Positions 11,240 to 23,400 of a stretch of 64,000 bases of DNA are shown here, in pieces. Both the position numbers and the translations under genes were made by a program. The stretch spans positions 186,001 to 250,000 of the forward strand of contig JAANOX010000279.1 in assembly GCA_020184695.1 (NCBI GenBank), given 5' to 3'. Every line of letters begins with the position of its first letter. Within the stretch, counting starts at the first letter, position 1. The notes under the pieces are model-generated. The model did not search any database. It was not told the origin of the DNA and saw nothing but the letters and a program-made list of their open reading frames with translations. The DNA comes from Histomonas meleagridis 2922-C6/04-290x (Eukaryota > Protista > Parabasalia).

Positions 11240-11388
11240 AATGATGTGTGAAACAATGATAGTAATGTGTCATTTTTCATTAAAATATCACAAAATTAAA
11301 AAAATATTTTATACACGCAATTTTTATATAATTACAACGAAATTCAAATAACCAAATTGAAATTTCAGATCTTTTTTCGAGCAAAAAT

Positions 11389-12204
11389 TTATTCTGTTTT
11401 TGCACTTATTCTTTTTTCATTTTTTTGAGTTTTGGTTTTTGTTACATTTAAATTTTTATTTTCTTGATCATTAAATTCAATTTTTTTTGTTTTTTGTTTT
11501 GGTTCAACGCTTTTGCTTCTTTTAGGTTTATGATCTCGAGTTAACGGCACATCCTGTTTAAATGCAATTTGCTTTTTGCCTTCGGTTTTGCGTTTGGATT
11601 TAGTTTTATAAATTGAATTTTTGGCAATTTCTTCGCTCCGTTTGTCAATAAAACGAAGGTGAATCGGTTCAGTTTGGAAATTTTCATTCATTTGGTGAGC
11701 ATCGTTTTTATGTGTGGTGCTTTTTTCTTGACGATTAAGGAAATCTTGGAACGAGGTTCGTGTTGATCGTGTAGATATGGATCTTCTAGTAGAAGACAAA
11801 CTCTCACCGCGCGAAGAAATTGATTTGTTGGGTTGTTTGTCAGGATTAGACCTTTTCCATATTGGATCAATTTTCTTATTTTGGAGATATTTTTTGTTTT
11901 CTCTAGAACATAAAGAGCTATGTGTAGGTAAATCATTTTTAGATTGCATTGATGGGAGATGAGTTTCTATTTGAGAAATAAGTTTCCCATCTTGATCCCA
12001 AAACTGTTCATTTGTTTTTGAACGAATGATTGGTATCATCTTTGATCTTTTTGGTGAAATGGAATCTTCAATTTGGTTTTTATATTTTTGATTTACTCTT
12101 TCCCTTAAAAGAGCTGTTCTTCTACTTGGCGAGCTTTGGTTCGTGCCTTTAGAAATACTTGACACAGAATTAGCTCTTTTTAATGCAGAGAAAGAATGCG
12201 ACAT
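11389..12204 (-). CDS. Hypothetical basic, S/K-rich low-complexity protein
   Basis: Long open frame; first ATG at 12204 (MSHSFSALKR); no domain recognised. Confidence 0.65.
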   Translation of the reverse strand: MSHSFSALKRANSVSSISKGTNQSSPSRRTALLRERVNQKYKNQIEDSISPKRSKMIPIIRSKTNEQFWDQDGKLISQIETHLPSMQSKNDLPTHSSLCSRENKKYLQNKKIDPIWKRSNPDKQPNKSISSRGESLSSTRRSISTRSTRTSFQDFLNRQEKSTTHKNDAHQMNENFQTEPIHLRFIDKRSEEIAKNSIYKTKSKRKTEGKKQIAFKQDVPLTRDHKPKRSKSVEPKQKTKKIEFNDQENKNLNVTKTKTQKNEKRISAKTE

Positions 12205-12441
12205 ATTGGGAAGATGCACGTTAAGAATTTTTTATATAAATAAAAAAATACTTTTCAACATTTCTTTCATTAGACATATAAAATGATTCTTTGAATTTAT
12301 TAGAAGCTTATGCGTAAAACACTTCAAGTGATTATATTTATTTAATCTGCTCGTTACAAATCAATAATAAATTGTTAATCATATTAAATATTTCTTACCA
12401 AAATTATTGTTGAAATGATTTAAATGTCTTTTAGTTGGATT

Positions 12442-15400
12442 TTAAGCTTTGTAGAGATCGTTTTTGTTGATTGCACCAGTACAGCCGCCATTGTGATAAA
12501 TAACTGCTCTGTTACCATTAATTTCTCCAACCACAAAAACTGCATTATACACCCAGTTATCCCAGTGATAGTTTTGACCATAAACTTTTGCTCCTACTCT
12601 GACCCTAACTCTGTCGCCAACTCTGATTTCTCTTCTTTCTCTTTCAATTCTCTCTCTTTCTTCTCTTGCCTTTCTTTCTCTTTCTGCTGCTTCTCTTGCC
12701 TCTCTTGCCTTTCTTTCTCTCTCTTCTCTTTCCATTCTTTCTCTTCTTTCTCTCTCTTCTTTTTCTCTTCTTGCCTTTCTTTCTCTCTCTTCTCTTTCCA
12801 TTCTTTCTCTTCTTTCTCTCTCTTCTCTTTCCATTCTTTCTCTTCTTTCTCTCTCTTCTCTTTCCATTCTTTCTCTTCTTTCTCTCTCTTCTCTTTCTCT
12901 TCTTTCTCTTTCTTTTTTGATACCATCTATTTTTCTATGTACATCATCTGCTGTTGTATTTACAATTGAAGTAACATCTTGAATAACTTGATTTTTATGA
13001 GCGCTGTCATTAGGGGGAATTTGATTGAAAAATCCTTGTGTATTAATAATTTGGTTTTTCAATTGATCGCGATTAATTTCAATAAGTTGATTTGGTGTTT
13101 TATCAGCAGATTTAGCTATTTGCGTTGCTTGATTTTACACCTTGTTCTAATTTCTGCAAACGCTGGTTTCTTTTGAACGTTTGCATTATATTCATTGCAA
13201 TATTTTTTGCTAACTTCTTTAAGCTTATTATTTAAATCGTTTTTATGATTGTTTGGAAAGTTTTCATATGTTACTTGTTTCGAAATAATATCATTAAATA
13301 TTTGGTTTTCATCAACTTTAGGTGATTCATCACGATAATTACTTGCTCTTGATTTTGCATCAATAAATTGCTTTGCAAATCCATCAGCAATTTTAATTTT
13401 ACTATCAATTAATGCTTGAAGTTTTTGTTTTGAGTTCCTTTGTCGAGTGAATTCATTAGTACTCTCTGCACTAATTTTCTTAATTAAATCACTAATTAAT
13501 TTTATTTTATCAGATCCTTTAACATCTTCATTTTTAATTGGAACTTGACTTTTAATGTATGTTTCAATCTTCTCAGAAGTACATGAATTTGGATCAATAT
13601 CTTCAAATACAATTTTACCATTTAGATTTTGCTTGATAAATTCAGATGCTTTGTTAATAAACATTTGTCTATATGCTTCAAATATTGATGCCCATGATCT
13701 ATACTTATCTTTGTTAATACTTCCATGTACATATTTAGCATATTTTAATATTTGATTTTTGATAAGATTATGTCGAGTTTCATTAAGCTGAATACCATCA
13801 AAATATTGCTTAATAAATATCGGAATTTTTTCGTTTGTGTAATTTTCTGGCTTCTTAACTAATACATCAAAATCTTCTTTGTAATAAACATTTTGGAACA
13901 TGTTTTGATAATCAATAAGAATAATACTTTTAATTTCATCATATTTTTGAGCTGAAAATTGATCCCATTTTGGAAGTGCTGAATAAGCGTTATTGAATAT
14001 TATTGTTATACGGTTAATAATTATAGATATTGTATTGTTAAGTTCACTTGATTTATATTCTTTCATATAATCAAGTAATTGTTGATTATTATAATTCTTA
14101 ATGATCCCATCACATATTTGTTGTATATGTGTAGTATCAAATAAATTTTTGTCAACATCTTCTTGAAATGATTTACTTTTCATTAAAGAAAGAATTTGAT
14201 TTGATGCATTTAAAACTATTTCATCAGATGTTAATGTTTCTGTCAAATCCTCTATATGTATTGTTAATTGTTCATTAGCATTTGACTTTATTTGTATACA
14301 AGCATTTGTAAATTGAATAGTAATATATTCTTTAATTAAATTATTATACATTTCAAGTGCCTCTTTTGAAAATGAATTAACTAAGAAATCATTTGCAACA
14401 TTATTATCTTTTAATATATTTAAACAAAATGTAAAATCTTGTTCTAATAATTTGATACACTTTGGAATATAAACTTGAAGTTCTTCATCAAAAACTTGCT
14501 TAAATATATTTGATAGGCTAGAATTAAAATCTGATTTAAATGATGGGATTACTTTGAACTTCGAAAAGAATTTGTAATATTCTTCTATATATGAACATAA
14601 TGTTTGCCCATCAATTTTAGGTCTACTTTTTATTGTATCATTTATCAAAGTTACTATATCTTGTAATGATTTCCAATAAACATTAAGGCAAACATCATCT
14701 TGAGGAACATCATTACTGCATTGATATGGTCCGCATATAATAATATCTATATCATCAAGATATATTTTTGGTATATTGTTATCAACAAAAAAGTCAGAGA
14801 AAATCCTTTGTAAAGTTTGTTCATATGATTTTCTGTTTTTATTAGTATTACGGAAATTATTACGATCAATGGTATATCCGCATGCAGTAGAAAAGATTGC
14901 TGTCTTTGGATTTGGTGTTTTTAGTTTTGTTTTCATGAATTCAGAAAGCATAAACTTATTTATAAGTTGAGAAACATCATTTGTTTTAGGTGGGCCATTT
15001 GTAATAGAGATAGTAATTGTTGCAACTTGGAATAAAGTAAGAATCCCAGAAATTAGATATTGTGAAGAACCTTGAAGTGATTCAAATCCTTCTGTATCAC
15101 AAAAGAAAAGGTCACAATCTTCTGTATTACTTTTGTTTTCAACACCGCATACTTCTAGTAACTTATGAAGTCTAATTGGACCATAGATATTACATCCAAC
15201 TGTAATACTATTTGCTGTGTTTGCGGCTTTGAATGGTTCTTGAATAACATAGGTCTTTTTATTGCCTATAATTCCATGTATAAGCTGATTTAAAGTTGTA
15301 CTTTTCCCACTTCTTGTTGTTCCATAAAAAACAATCAGATGGGGATAATTTGCATTCTTAAAGGCATCTATTACCTCTTGATTTATTAAGGGCACACCAT

Positions 15401-15530
15401 TCAATAAAATGATAAAGTCCATCATCTTCTCCCTTTTGTGCATCATGATCAAACAAATAAAATGATGTGAACATTTAAAGTTGTCACAAATTTTTCGGCA
15501 AATTTTTACTCCTTTGACAAAAACAATCAT
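12442..15530 (-). CDS. Guanylate-binding-protein/atlastin-like large GTPase with long helical region, E/R-rich helix and C-terminal SH3-like domain; 1-nt frameshift near 13135
   Basis: P-loop GTTRSGKS and FCDTEG in ORF 15530-13116. The frame of the downstream ORF is open from about 13135 (NQATQIAKSAD...) to 12442. One extra A in TGTAAAATCAA joins the two. Confidence 0.72.
12620..12920 (-). repeat. 33-bp coding tandem repeat encoding (ERERRERMERE)n, probable single alpha-helix
   Basis: Repeated unit tctcttctctttccattctttctcttctttctc on the plus strand; translation is almost entirely E/R. Confidence 0.85.
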
Positions 15531-15789
15531 AAGGGTACTTTTGTTGATGTACCTGTCAAAAGTTACTGTTTTGGCTGAACAAAATCTGAAATCATTGATA
15601 TTGGAGGTTTAAAAAATGTCAAATATTTTGATAGTACATTTAAAACCTTATGAATTTGCATAGAAAAAATTTAACAAGATATTCAAAATTGAATGTGTGG
15701 ATGTGAATAAACCGTCAGTTGAGGTGGTTAAATGATGATTTTTTTTAGTTTTAATTGATGGTCACATATTAACTCTCATTGAATCAATA

Positions 15790-16060
15790 ATAATATTATA
15801 ATAAAAATTAAATAAAATATATATACATCATTATAATTAACATCAATTCCTATTTGCTCATTAAGCAATTTGACCATTTTGAGTTACATATATGAGCACT
15901 GTATTAAATATTTTAAATGATTCCCAAATATTATTTTAAAGCTTGAAATCATTAAATTCAAAATCAATTCGTTTTTGCTCAAGAAGTAATAATATTACTT
16001 CTGAGTTACCATGTTCAGATAAAGAAATAAGTGTTGCTTTAATTAATTCCAAATATTTAT
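15790..16060 (-). pseudogene. Decayed ankyrin+insert units (about 2)
   Basis: Remnants of LLLEQKRID and EQIGIDVN, plus the insert core AATAATATTTGGGAATCATTTAAAATA-TTT AAT ACA; contains indels. Confidence 0.6.
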
Positions 16061-17507
16061 TTGGTATTGCTCTTTGTTGAAATAAACAATAAATCAACTA
16101 ATTTAATTTTTTTAGTGTTAATATCAATTAATAAATTTTTTTGATCAAGAATACATTTTACAAGGAAACTATTTCAAGTCATTGAAGAATAAACCAAAAT
16201 ATCATTTGGGAATTAAACATTTTCCAAATTGGAAAATTAATTTAGAAATGAAATCGAAAACTTCATTCCTTCTTCCAACAAAAACAAAAAGAGTTCATAG
16301 TTATAACGCATTATACATTCCTTTTGTATTTCTTATTATCTTTGTAAAGTTTATTTTCATAAAGATAATGGAAAACTTCATTTTTATGATATTGAATTGT
16401 AATATCAAATGTATGCTGATAAATCAGAAACATGTAAATATGTTTCACTTATATTAAGATGTATTTATTAATAAAAATTTAAAACATTTAATAGCAGAAA
16501 AAAATGCTGCATAATAAATCAACGAAACATTTTATTTATTAATAAAATATGAACACCTTTCATAAGTTGATGGTTCGATAAATTGATTAAAATTAATTAT
16601 CTTGTGATGATAGATCTCGAAGTTTCATCATTTCGAATTATTTTTGAGATTTTATTCGGATTAACTCCTTCTTTTAATAATTTTTATGAAGTTCCCAATC
16701 ATTCTTTGAAAGTGTTTTGTAATAAACTGAAAAAGGTAAATATGTTTAATGTTACTGATTCCTTTTTCTTTTAAATATTATATGAAATTTAAAGATTTTT
16801 TATTTAAAATTTTTGGTTTAATAAGCTGCTTCCAGGAAGGATGATACAGAAATTAATTAATTAAACGAAATTAAAAGAATACGGATTAACATTATACAAA
16901 CCCGTGATGAAAGATGTTGATGTTGACACGTTTCCTTCATTTAAAGAAAAATTAGATTCAATCAAAATAATTTGAAATTTCTAGAATTCCTTTGAGAATT
17001 CATTCATCATTAATGATTTTACCTGAGTTTTTTGTTGAATTATGACTTTGTTGATTTCCCAAATGAAAAATAAAACAAATTTTCCGTTTCATTGCTTTTC
17101 TTGGATCCAATAACTTTTGCTTAATTATACATCTTTTATAGTGTTTTAAATATGTGCATAATTAAAATTAAAATTTGTCTCGATTCATCAGAATAAATAA
17201 ATTTCGTTCGATAGTAAAATATTGAAATGAGTGAAACATCATGTTAGTTTAATATTAAAGGTATATGTTTATATCAAAAAAAATCATTTTTTATGAAAAT
17301 CAGCTGATTTTCAAGACGATTTAATCATTTTTTATTAATTTGCTAAATAAAGTAATTACACATCTTAACTTTGCATTGCTTTTTTTACAGTAATGACGAC
17401 ATGTTTCTATAAAAACAAATAAACTTGATAACAAGAATTTTTTGAAAATTGCAACCATAACAAGAATTGACTAAGTTTGTTTGTAACGAAAATCAATTTT
17501 AAATTAA

Positions 17508-18488
17508 ATGCAAATCTCAAAACAAGATTCACAAAAATTCGCGGACCTTTCTCGTGCTTTTTTGTACAAATCAATGGAGTGTATATTTCTTCAACGTTGT
17601 CCAAATCAAATTCAAGATTTTTGTAATGATGAATATAATTGGTTTTCAATGAACATTTTAACATCTCCCTCATTGCGTAAAGTGGCCAATGTTTCTTATG
17701 GCCATGGTTGGTTCAAAATAAGTATATATTTTAAAGCGCATAAAAAAGATCCAGAAATCATTGAACAATGGTATCTTTTTCATCTTCCATATCAACACTC
17801 AGAATCGGTTCCTTACTCTAACACTGATTTATCCAGCATTAAACAACATACATATCGATCTTATTCACAAACACTCCGTTCAATTTACTCAATAATCAAT
17901 GCACTTCCTGTAACAACTTTATCCATTGTCTTAAGTGAGATACAATTAACAAAGCCTCCTATCATTTATGCAGAAGTAAGTCCATTTCAAAAATTTCCTG
18001 CAAAAATCGAGAAATTTTGTGAACAAGAAACATCAAGAATACAATTTAAGACAACGTATTCCCCAATTGGCAAGACAACAGTGATATGTAAGTTCAGATT
18101 AGATATCTTAACTTTGATTCCATCACCAATTAGAACTGCTCCTCATATTGATCTCTCAGGATCGATGAAGAGTGCACAATCGTATGAAGATTTCGCTGTT
18201 AGTGGGCAAGAAGAAGCATATGGAACAAGTATCCCACAATCAGAATATACTCGATTCACTCAATCTGTTTGTGAGGCGCCTCCTTTATCTTTTGTACCAA
18301 ATGGCGTTGGGCCTATGAGCATTGGTGATGTTTCCCAGAAGAATGAAATGGATATCGATGAATTCATTGAATTTCTCGAATCATATAAAGACAAAAAATG
18401 TGAAGAGTTCCCGAAGGTAGGAGATATTTGGCATGAATTTCAAATAATGAATGCCAGATTAGAGAAATTACTTAATAATAATGAATAA
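17508..18488 (+). CDS. ATG13: Atg13-like N-terminal HORMA domain protein
   Basis: Motif order typical of the Atg13 HORMA domain: AFLYKSMECIFLQR, NWFSM, IIEQWYL, YRSYSQTLRSIYSIINALP; followed by an S/P-rich disordered tail. Confidence 0.58.
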   Translation: MQISKQDSQKFADLSRAFLYKSMECIFLQRCPNQIQDFCNDEYNWFSMNILTSPSLRKVANVSYGHGWFKISIYFKAHKKDPEIIEQWYLFHLPYQHSESVPYSNTDLSSIKQHTYRSYSQTLRSIYSIINALPVTTLSIVLSEIQLTKPPIIYAEVSPFQKFPAKIEKFCEQETSRIQFKTTYSPIGKTTVICKFRLDILTLIPSPIRTAPHIDLSGSMKSAQSYEDFAVSGQEEAYGTSIPQSEYTRFTQSVCEAPPLSFVPNGVGPMSIGDVSQKNEMDIDEFIEFLESYKDKKCEEFPKVGDIWHEFQIMNARLEKLLNNNE

Positions 18489-18883
18489 ATGTTTGTTATT
18501 TCACATCACATGTCATTCAATAAGTGAAATGACTTAACGTCTTTCATTTTTGAATCAATAATATTTCTTTATTTTGTGCATTAATCGATACTTTCTCTTT
18601 AGGAACTTATTACAAATAATTTTCTAAATTAAAACTTTACATTCTGTTGAGAAAAATTTAATTAATCAATCGATGAAATTTCAATTTTTTTTGAAAAATT
18701 ATTACTCATTAATACGTTGCCTTTTCATATAAAAACATAAAATTAATTTAAAGTATCATTTTGATTGTTTTTTTACAACGAATGAAATTATATTTCCGCG
18801 TTATATTAACCGGAAAATAAACATAAATTTGAATACAAACCGTTTTATATAATACGTAAACCTTCCATTCAAAAATTCAATTC

Positions 18884-20158
18884 ATGTCAAGTGCGCTCGC
18901 GATGCAGATGCAGGGCTTCCTCGAAAAAATGGGCGGATCTGTGCACAGCTGGAAGCGAAGGTTTTTCGTTTTGCGCCTAAAATCTCTTGAATATTACAAG
19001 GACCAAAATATGAAAGAAAAACTCGGCTTTATTCCTTTAGTCGATTGTAGCGTTTCAATCGAACAACCAACAGGAGACCCCGGGTACTATTTCCTTTTGC
19101 ACGTACCTCCTTCCGCTCAAGCAAAGAGACCAGATTTCCTTATCCGTGCCTCCAGTGATAAAGAGCGCAAAGAATGGATGGACAAAATACGCGAATGCAC
19201 TGTCATCACAGTTTTCAAGCAAAGGCTGTTCAATGCGACAATGGTCAATCCGAATAGAGTTGGGCTCTATCTTCCAATCCCATATTTCATTTCCAAGGCT
19301 ATAAAGTTCATCGAAGAGAACCTTGACGTCGAAGGTATTTATCGTCACAATGGTTCATCTGTCAAATATGAGGAAACAGTCGAACTCATTAACCAGAACA
19401 AAGACGTCGAATTCACTCATTGCCACGATGCCACTGGTACAGTGAAGCTATTTCTTCGTACACTTTCAACATCAATTATCCCGCCGCAAAATTTCGAGAA
19501 ACTTAAGACATTAAGTAGCCTTCCGCTTGAGAAACAAATCGAAGACCTTCGTTCTATGATACGACTTCTTCCCATTTCCAACTATTGCTTACTTGCATAT
19601 CTATTTGCACATTTACGTCGAGTTTTAGAGCATTCTGGTTCAAACCTCATGGACGCAAGAGCTATCTCTGTTTGCATTGGCCCTTCTCTTGTTTACTCCG
19701 AGGAAGGGAATTCTAATGAAGCATTCACTGAATCATCAGTCCAACAATCATTATGTACTTGCATAATAGATAACTATGATGAAATATTCGGCGAAAATCC
19801 GCTCATGTATTACAACTCGACTGGCGTGACTTCGTTTAACATCGTTGTGATGCAACTTGACGAAGACTGTCCTTTCATGCTCAGGGCACCCCAGGGCTCT
19901 ATCGTTCAAACGGTTGCTGTCGATTGCGACGGTTGGACAATATCCGTTTACAACAACAATTGGGGATGCGTACATAAAACAGCGCTGGAACCTATAAAGG
20001 ACTCAAAGACTATCGTGAATGCAATCGCTAGTCAAACCCAAAAATGGGAATTGACACAAAGCCAATTAATTAATCTGCAAAATAAATGCCCAGAAGCTGT
20101 GCAACTGTATCAAGCGCTTCAAGACAAACTAAAAGCACTTCGAGAAAAATGCAAGTAA
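18884..20158 (+). CDS. PH + RhoGAP domain protein with degenerate C-terminal SH3-like domain
   Basis: PH domain (GFLEKMGGSVHSWKRRFFVL...ERKEWMDKI), arginine finger GIYRHNG, NLMDARAISVCIGP, and a C-terminal DGWT...WGCVH pattern. Confidence 0.88.
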   Translation: MSSALAMQMQGFLEKMGGSVHSWKRRFFVLRLKSLEYYKDQNMKEKLGFIPLVDCSVSIEQPTGDPGYYFLLHVPPSAQAKRPDFLIRASSDKERKEWMDKIRECTVITVFKQRLFNATMVNPNRVGLYLPIPYFISKAIKFIEENLDVEGIYRHNGSSVKYEETVELINQNKDVEFTHCHDATGTVKLFLRTLSTSIIPPQNFEKLKTLSSLPLEKQIEDLRSMIRLLPISNYCLLAYLFAHLRRVLEHSGSNLMDARAISVCIGPSLVYSEEGNSNEAFTESSVQQSLCTCIIDNYDEIFGENPLMYYNSTGVTSFNIVVMQLDEDCPFMLRAPQGSIVQTVAVDCDGWTISVYNNNWGCVHKTALEPIKDSKTIVNAIASQTQKWELTQSQLINLQNKCPEAVQLYQALQDKLKALREKCK

Positions 20159-20379
20159 ACTTGTTACCAAGTTCAGGTAATTAAATTTTTTTTGGTATTG
20201 TACGATAGGTGAGAATACGTTTAAATCTAAACCGTCAGATAAAATATTAACGTTTTTTCTTCTCAAAATTTGTGCTAAACCGTAAAAATTGTTTTGAGAG
20301 CGCGGAAAGTGACGTTAACATTGAATTCTCTATCGTTCATTGAGGCGCCCCAAAGTTTGCATCTAACGTTGAGCGGTTC

Positions 20380-20387
20380 GGGCGCCC
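20380..20387. promoter_or_regulatory. GGGYRCCC palindromic motif upstream of the NOMO-like gene
   Basis: GGGCGCCC ends 38 nt before ATG 20426; the same motif sits at similar spacing before other genes (see findings). Confidence 0.5.
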
Positions 20388-20425
20388 TGGAAAAGGGGTA
20401 ATTTTTGCCCAACGCGACCAATAAA

Positions 20426-23400
20426 ATGCTTGTTTTTACCCTCATTTCGCTCACAGTGTCAACAGATTCTGCGGGTGTTGGTGGGTTTGTATCATTCCAA
20501 TTTCCTTATAATGGGGATAAGGCGAGTTTGTTTTCGCAACTCACAGTGGTCATCAAAACGCCGCAAGGATCATTAATTGATACCGCAGAAGTCCAGCCGA
20601 CAGGTTATTGGGTAATTCCGACGCCGCAACACAGAGAGCTTGTTATTACAATACGTAAGCCGTCCGGCCTTGTGATATCGCCGCCGACCAGTTACATCCA
20701 ATATCCATTCAACAGTAACGTTGACTTCCAAATCCAAGGATTCTCAGTTTCGGGCACAATCGTTGCGAAGGCAGACAGTAATTCACTCGTTCATGTGTCA
20801 CTTCTTGTTGAAGTAACAAATGGAAAAGATATCACAATATCAAACATGTCAAGCACAGACGGAACTTATACAATTGGCCCTTTACCACCAGGCGAATACA
20901 AAGTATCATTAAAAGATGCAATAGCAGAATCTCAAAAAGTGACCGTCGATAAACCATTATCAGAATGTAACCCATTAATTATAACAGAATGGGCACAAAG
21001 TGGTTCCGTCGAATTCCCAGAAGGTACAACTAAGCATTCAGTCAAACTTCAATTATCTGGAGAAGGTATATCTCAAGAAGTCGAAACAGATAAAGACGGA
21101 AGATTTGTCCTCAAAGGATTAAGCGTAGGTTCGTATCAATTAAAATCAGCTAACGAAGATATAATTATATCATCAGCAAGTTTCAGTATTTCTGTCTCAA
21201 AACTTCCTGTTCCTATAGTTATGAGATATGAAGGGCTCAAAGTCCATGGTAAAGTTACATTTCCAGATGCAAAAGGATTATCAAATGTTGCTGTTACTTT
21301 AAATCCTGGAAATCATCATACGAAAACAGACGAAAATGGAAACTTTGTCTTCACCCAAATCTTAAGTATTGAAGCACCGAAACTTGAAGTTAGTTATCCA
21401 TTTTATAAATTTGAAATCCCAGAAATTCCTCCAATAACCATTGAACCATTACCTCTTATTAATGTTCTTGTTACTGAAGCGCCAATCAATTGTCGTGTTG
21501 AATGTCCTAAAGCTGATCTTACATTTACTGGAGCAGTTAACACAAAAGTGACAGTTACAAATGGCACTTTTTGTATCACATCACCAGTTGGAGAAGACGT
21601 TACAATTAAAGCAGAATCAGAATGCGGATTTGAATACAACGAAATAACCGTCAAATCACCTAATGAAAAAGTCAGATTTTCACGAATGAAAGCAACCGTT
21701 GATGGAACCGTTAAATGCATTAATGACAAATGTAATACAAATACAATTCTTAAACTTATTAATTCTAATTACAAATATGAAACCAAATTGAATGAGAACG
21801 GTCAATTCACATTTGAAGATATTGAATTTGGCAATTATAAGTTATCAATTTTGAATACAAAGAATGAAAAGTTTGCGATATCTAAAAAAGACGTTAAAGT
21901 ATCAGAAAAGTTCACAAAAGTTGGAGAAATTGGCGCTCAAACGAGTTTTGTATATAATGTAACAGTATCACATTCAATGAGTGTCAAATGTGGCGATGAA
22001 ATTCTTCAGTTACAACGCGGATTAAATACAATTGAAACCAAGTCCACAATCATTGAATCATATGACTGTCATAAGTTTTCAAATGTTAACATTCAAATGA
22101 ACCAACGAATTATTGTTGAATCCATTGAACGTCAAGTTATTGTCAATGGTGAAGAAGGTACATATACTGTCTATTTAAATAACGAAGAGTTAAATTCTCC
22201 ATATAAATTCAATCAGAAAGTTGATGAAGAAGTAACAATATCATTAAAGGCTATTGCGCCATATGTTGTTAATCCAGAGTCACAAAAAGTTAAAAGTGTT
22301 TCCACATGTGAAGAATGCGGAATTAAATTCGATGTCATTCGAGGTATCGAATATTCGGGCAAAATCATTCCTGCAGTAAGTGGCGTATCAATGACAGCTA
22401 TATCCGATGGCAAAGTAATATCATCGACGTTAACTAATGATCTTGGCGAATATTCACTTGGTTCATATCCTTCTAATATTAATATCGAAGTTACTGCAGT
22501 TTTAGATGGGTATAAATTCACGAAAAAAGAAAAATCATTTGATTTCGAATCAGAGAAATTATCATCAATATATGTAACATTTGAACATCAACCAAATGCT
22601 AATGTTAAAGGTATAATGTTATCTATTTCAAGAGTTGATGGTTATGCACATAATGTAATGATCGATGATGAAAATTCAGTCATTAATAACCTTGAAAAAG
22701 GCCAATATTATATCAAACCTATCTTAAGAGAACATGAATTTATACCTTCTCAAACTACTATCGAATTAACTCAACAAGAAGCTAATATTTCATTCTCTAT
22801 AATCCGTGTCAAATTCGGCATTTCAGGTGAAGTTCGTAGAGTAACAGGTGAACCTGAACCAGATATAGAAATAGAGGCCGTTTATCCAAACGGTGAACAT
22901 CAGACGACGGTTACCGATAGCCATGGCAAGTTCCGTATCGGCGGCCTATTACCTAATCAAACAATTACATTAATTTCTAAGATTAGTTCTACATCATTGA
23001 TTGGCAAAGTTACGCCTACGCAACTTAAGGTTAAAATGGAAAATGAAGAAAAGACAAATATTCGGTTCATATCATTAAAACCAAATCCTTCATTTGATAT
23101 CATTGGAGAATTGGATATTTTGCCTGATTTCTTACCTTCAATGAACGTTGCTTTAATGTCTTCTAATGGTAAAGTTGTCGATAGATTTACTTTCCCTTCG
23201 AAACTTAGTAATATGTTCTATTTCACGAATTTAACTGATGAGAAATATTTCATTTATGCAGCAAGTACAATGCAAGCTGCTAGAATTAATTGTACCGCAC
23301 CTGAAATAGAAAAACAAACTCCACAAGTTAATACTGTAGTAGAATGTCAAGTAGCTCAAGATGAAGCTATAGAAGAAACTCATGGTAGTGTTGTAGCTGC

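Noticed and set aside
12424-12969. Plus-strand S/F/L-rich ORFs and alternative-frame K/E ORF over the charged repeat
   Set aside because: They are shadow ORFs of the 33-bp coding repeat. Many other short ORFs in the track are likewise antisense shadows of real genes.
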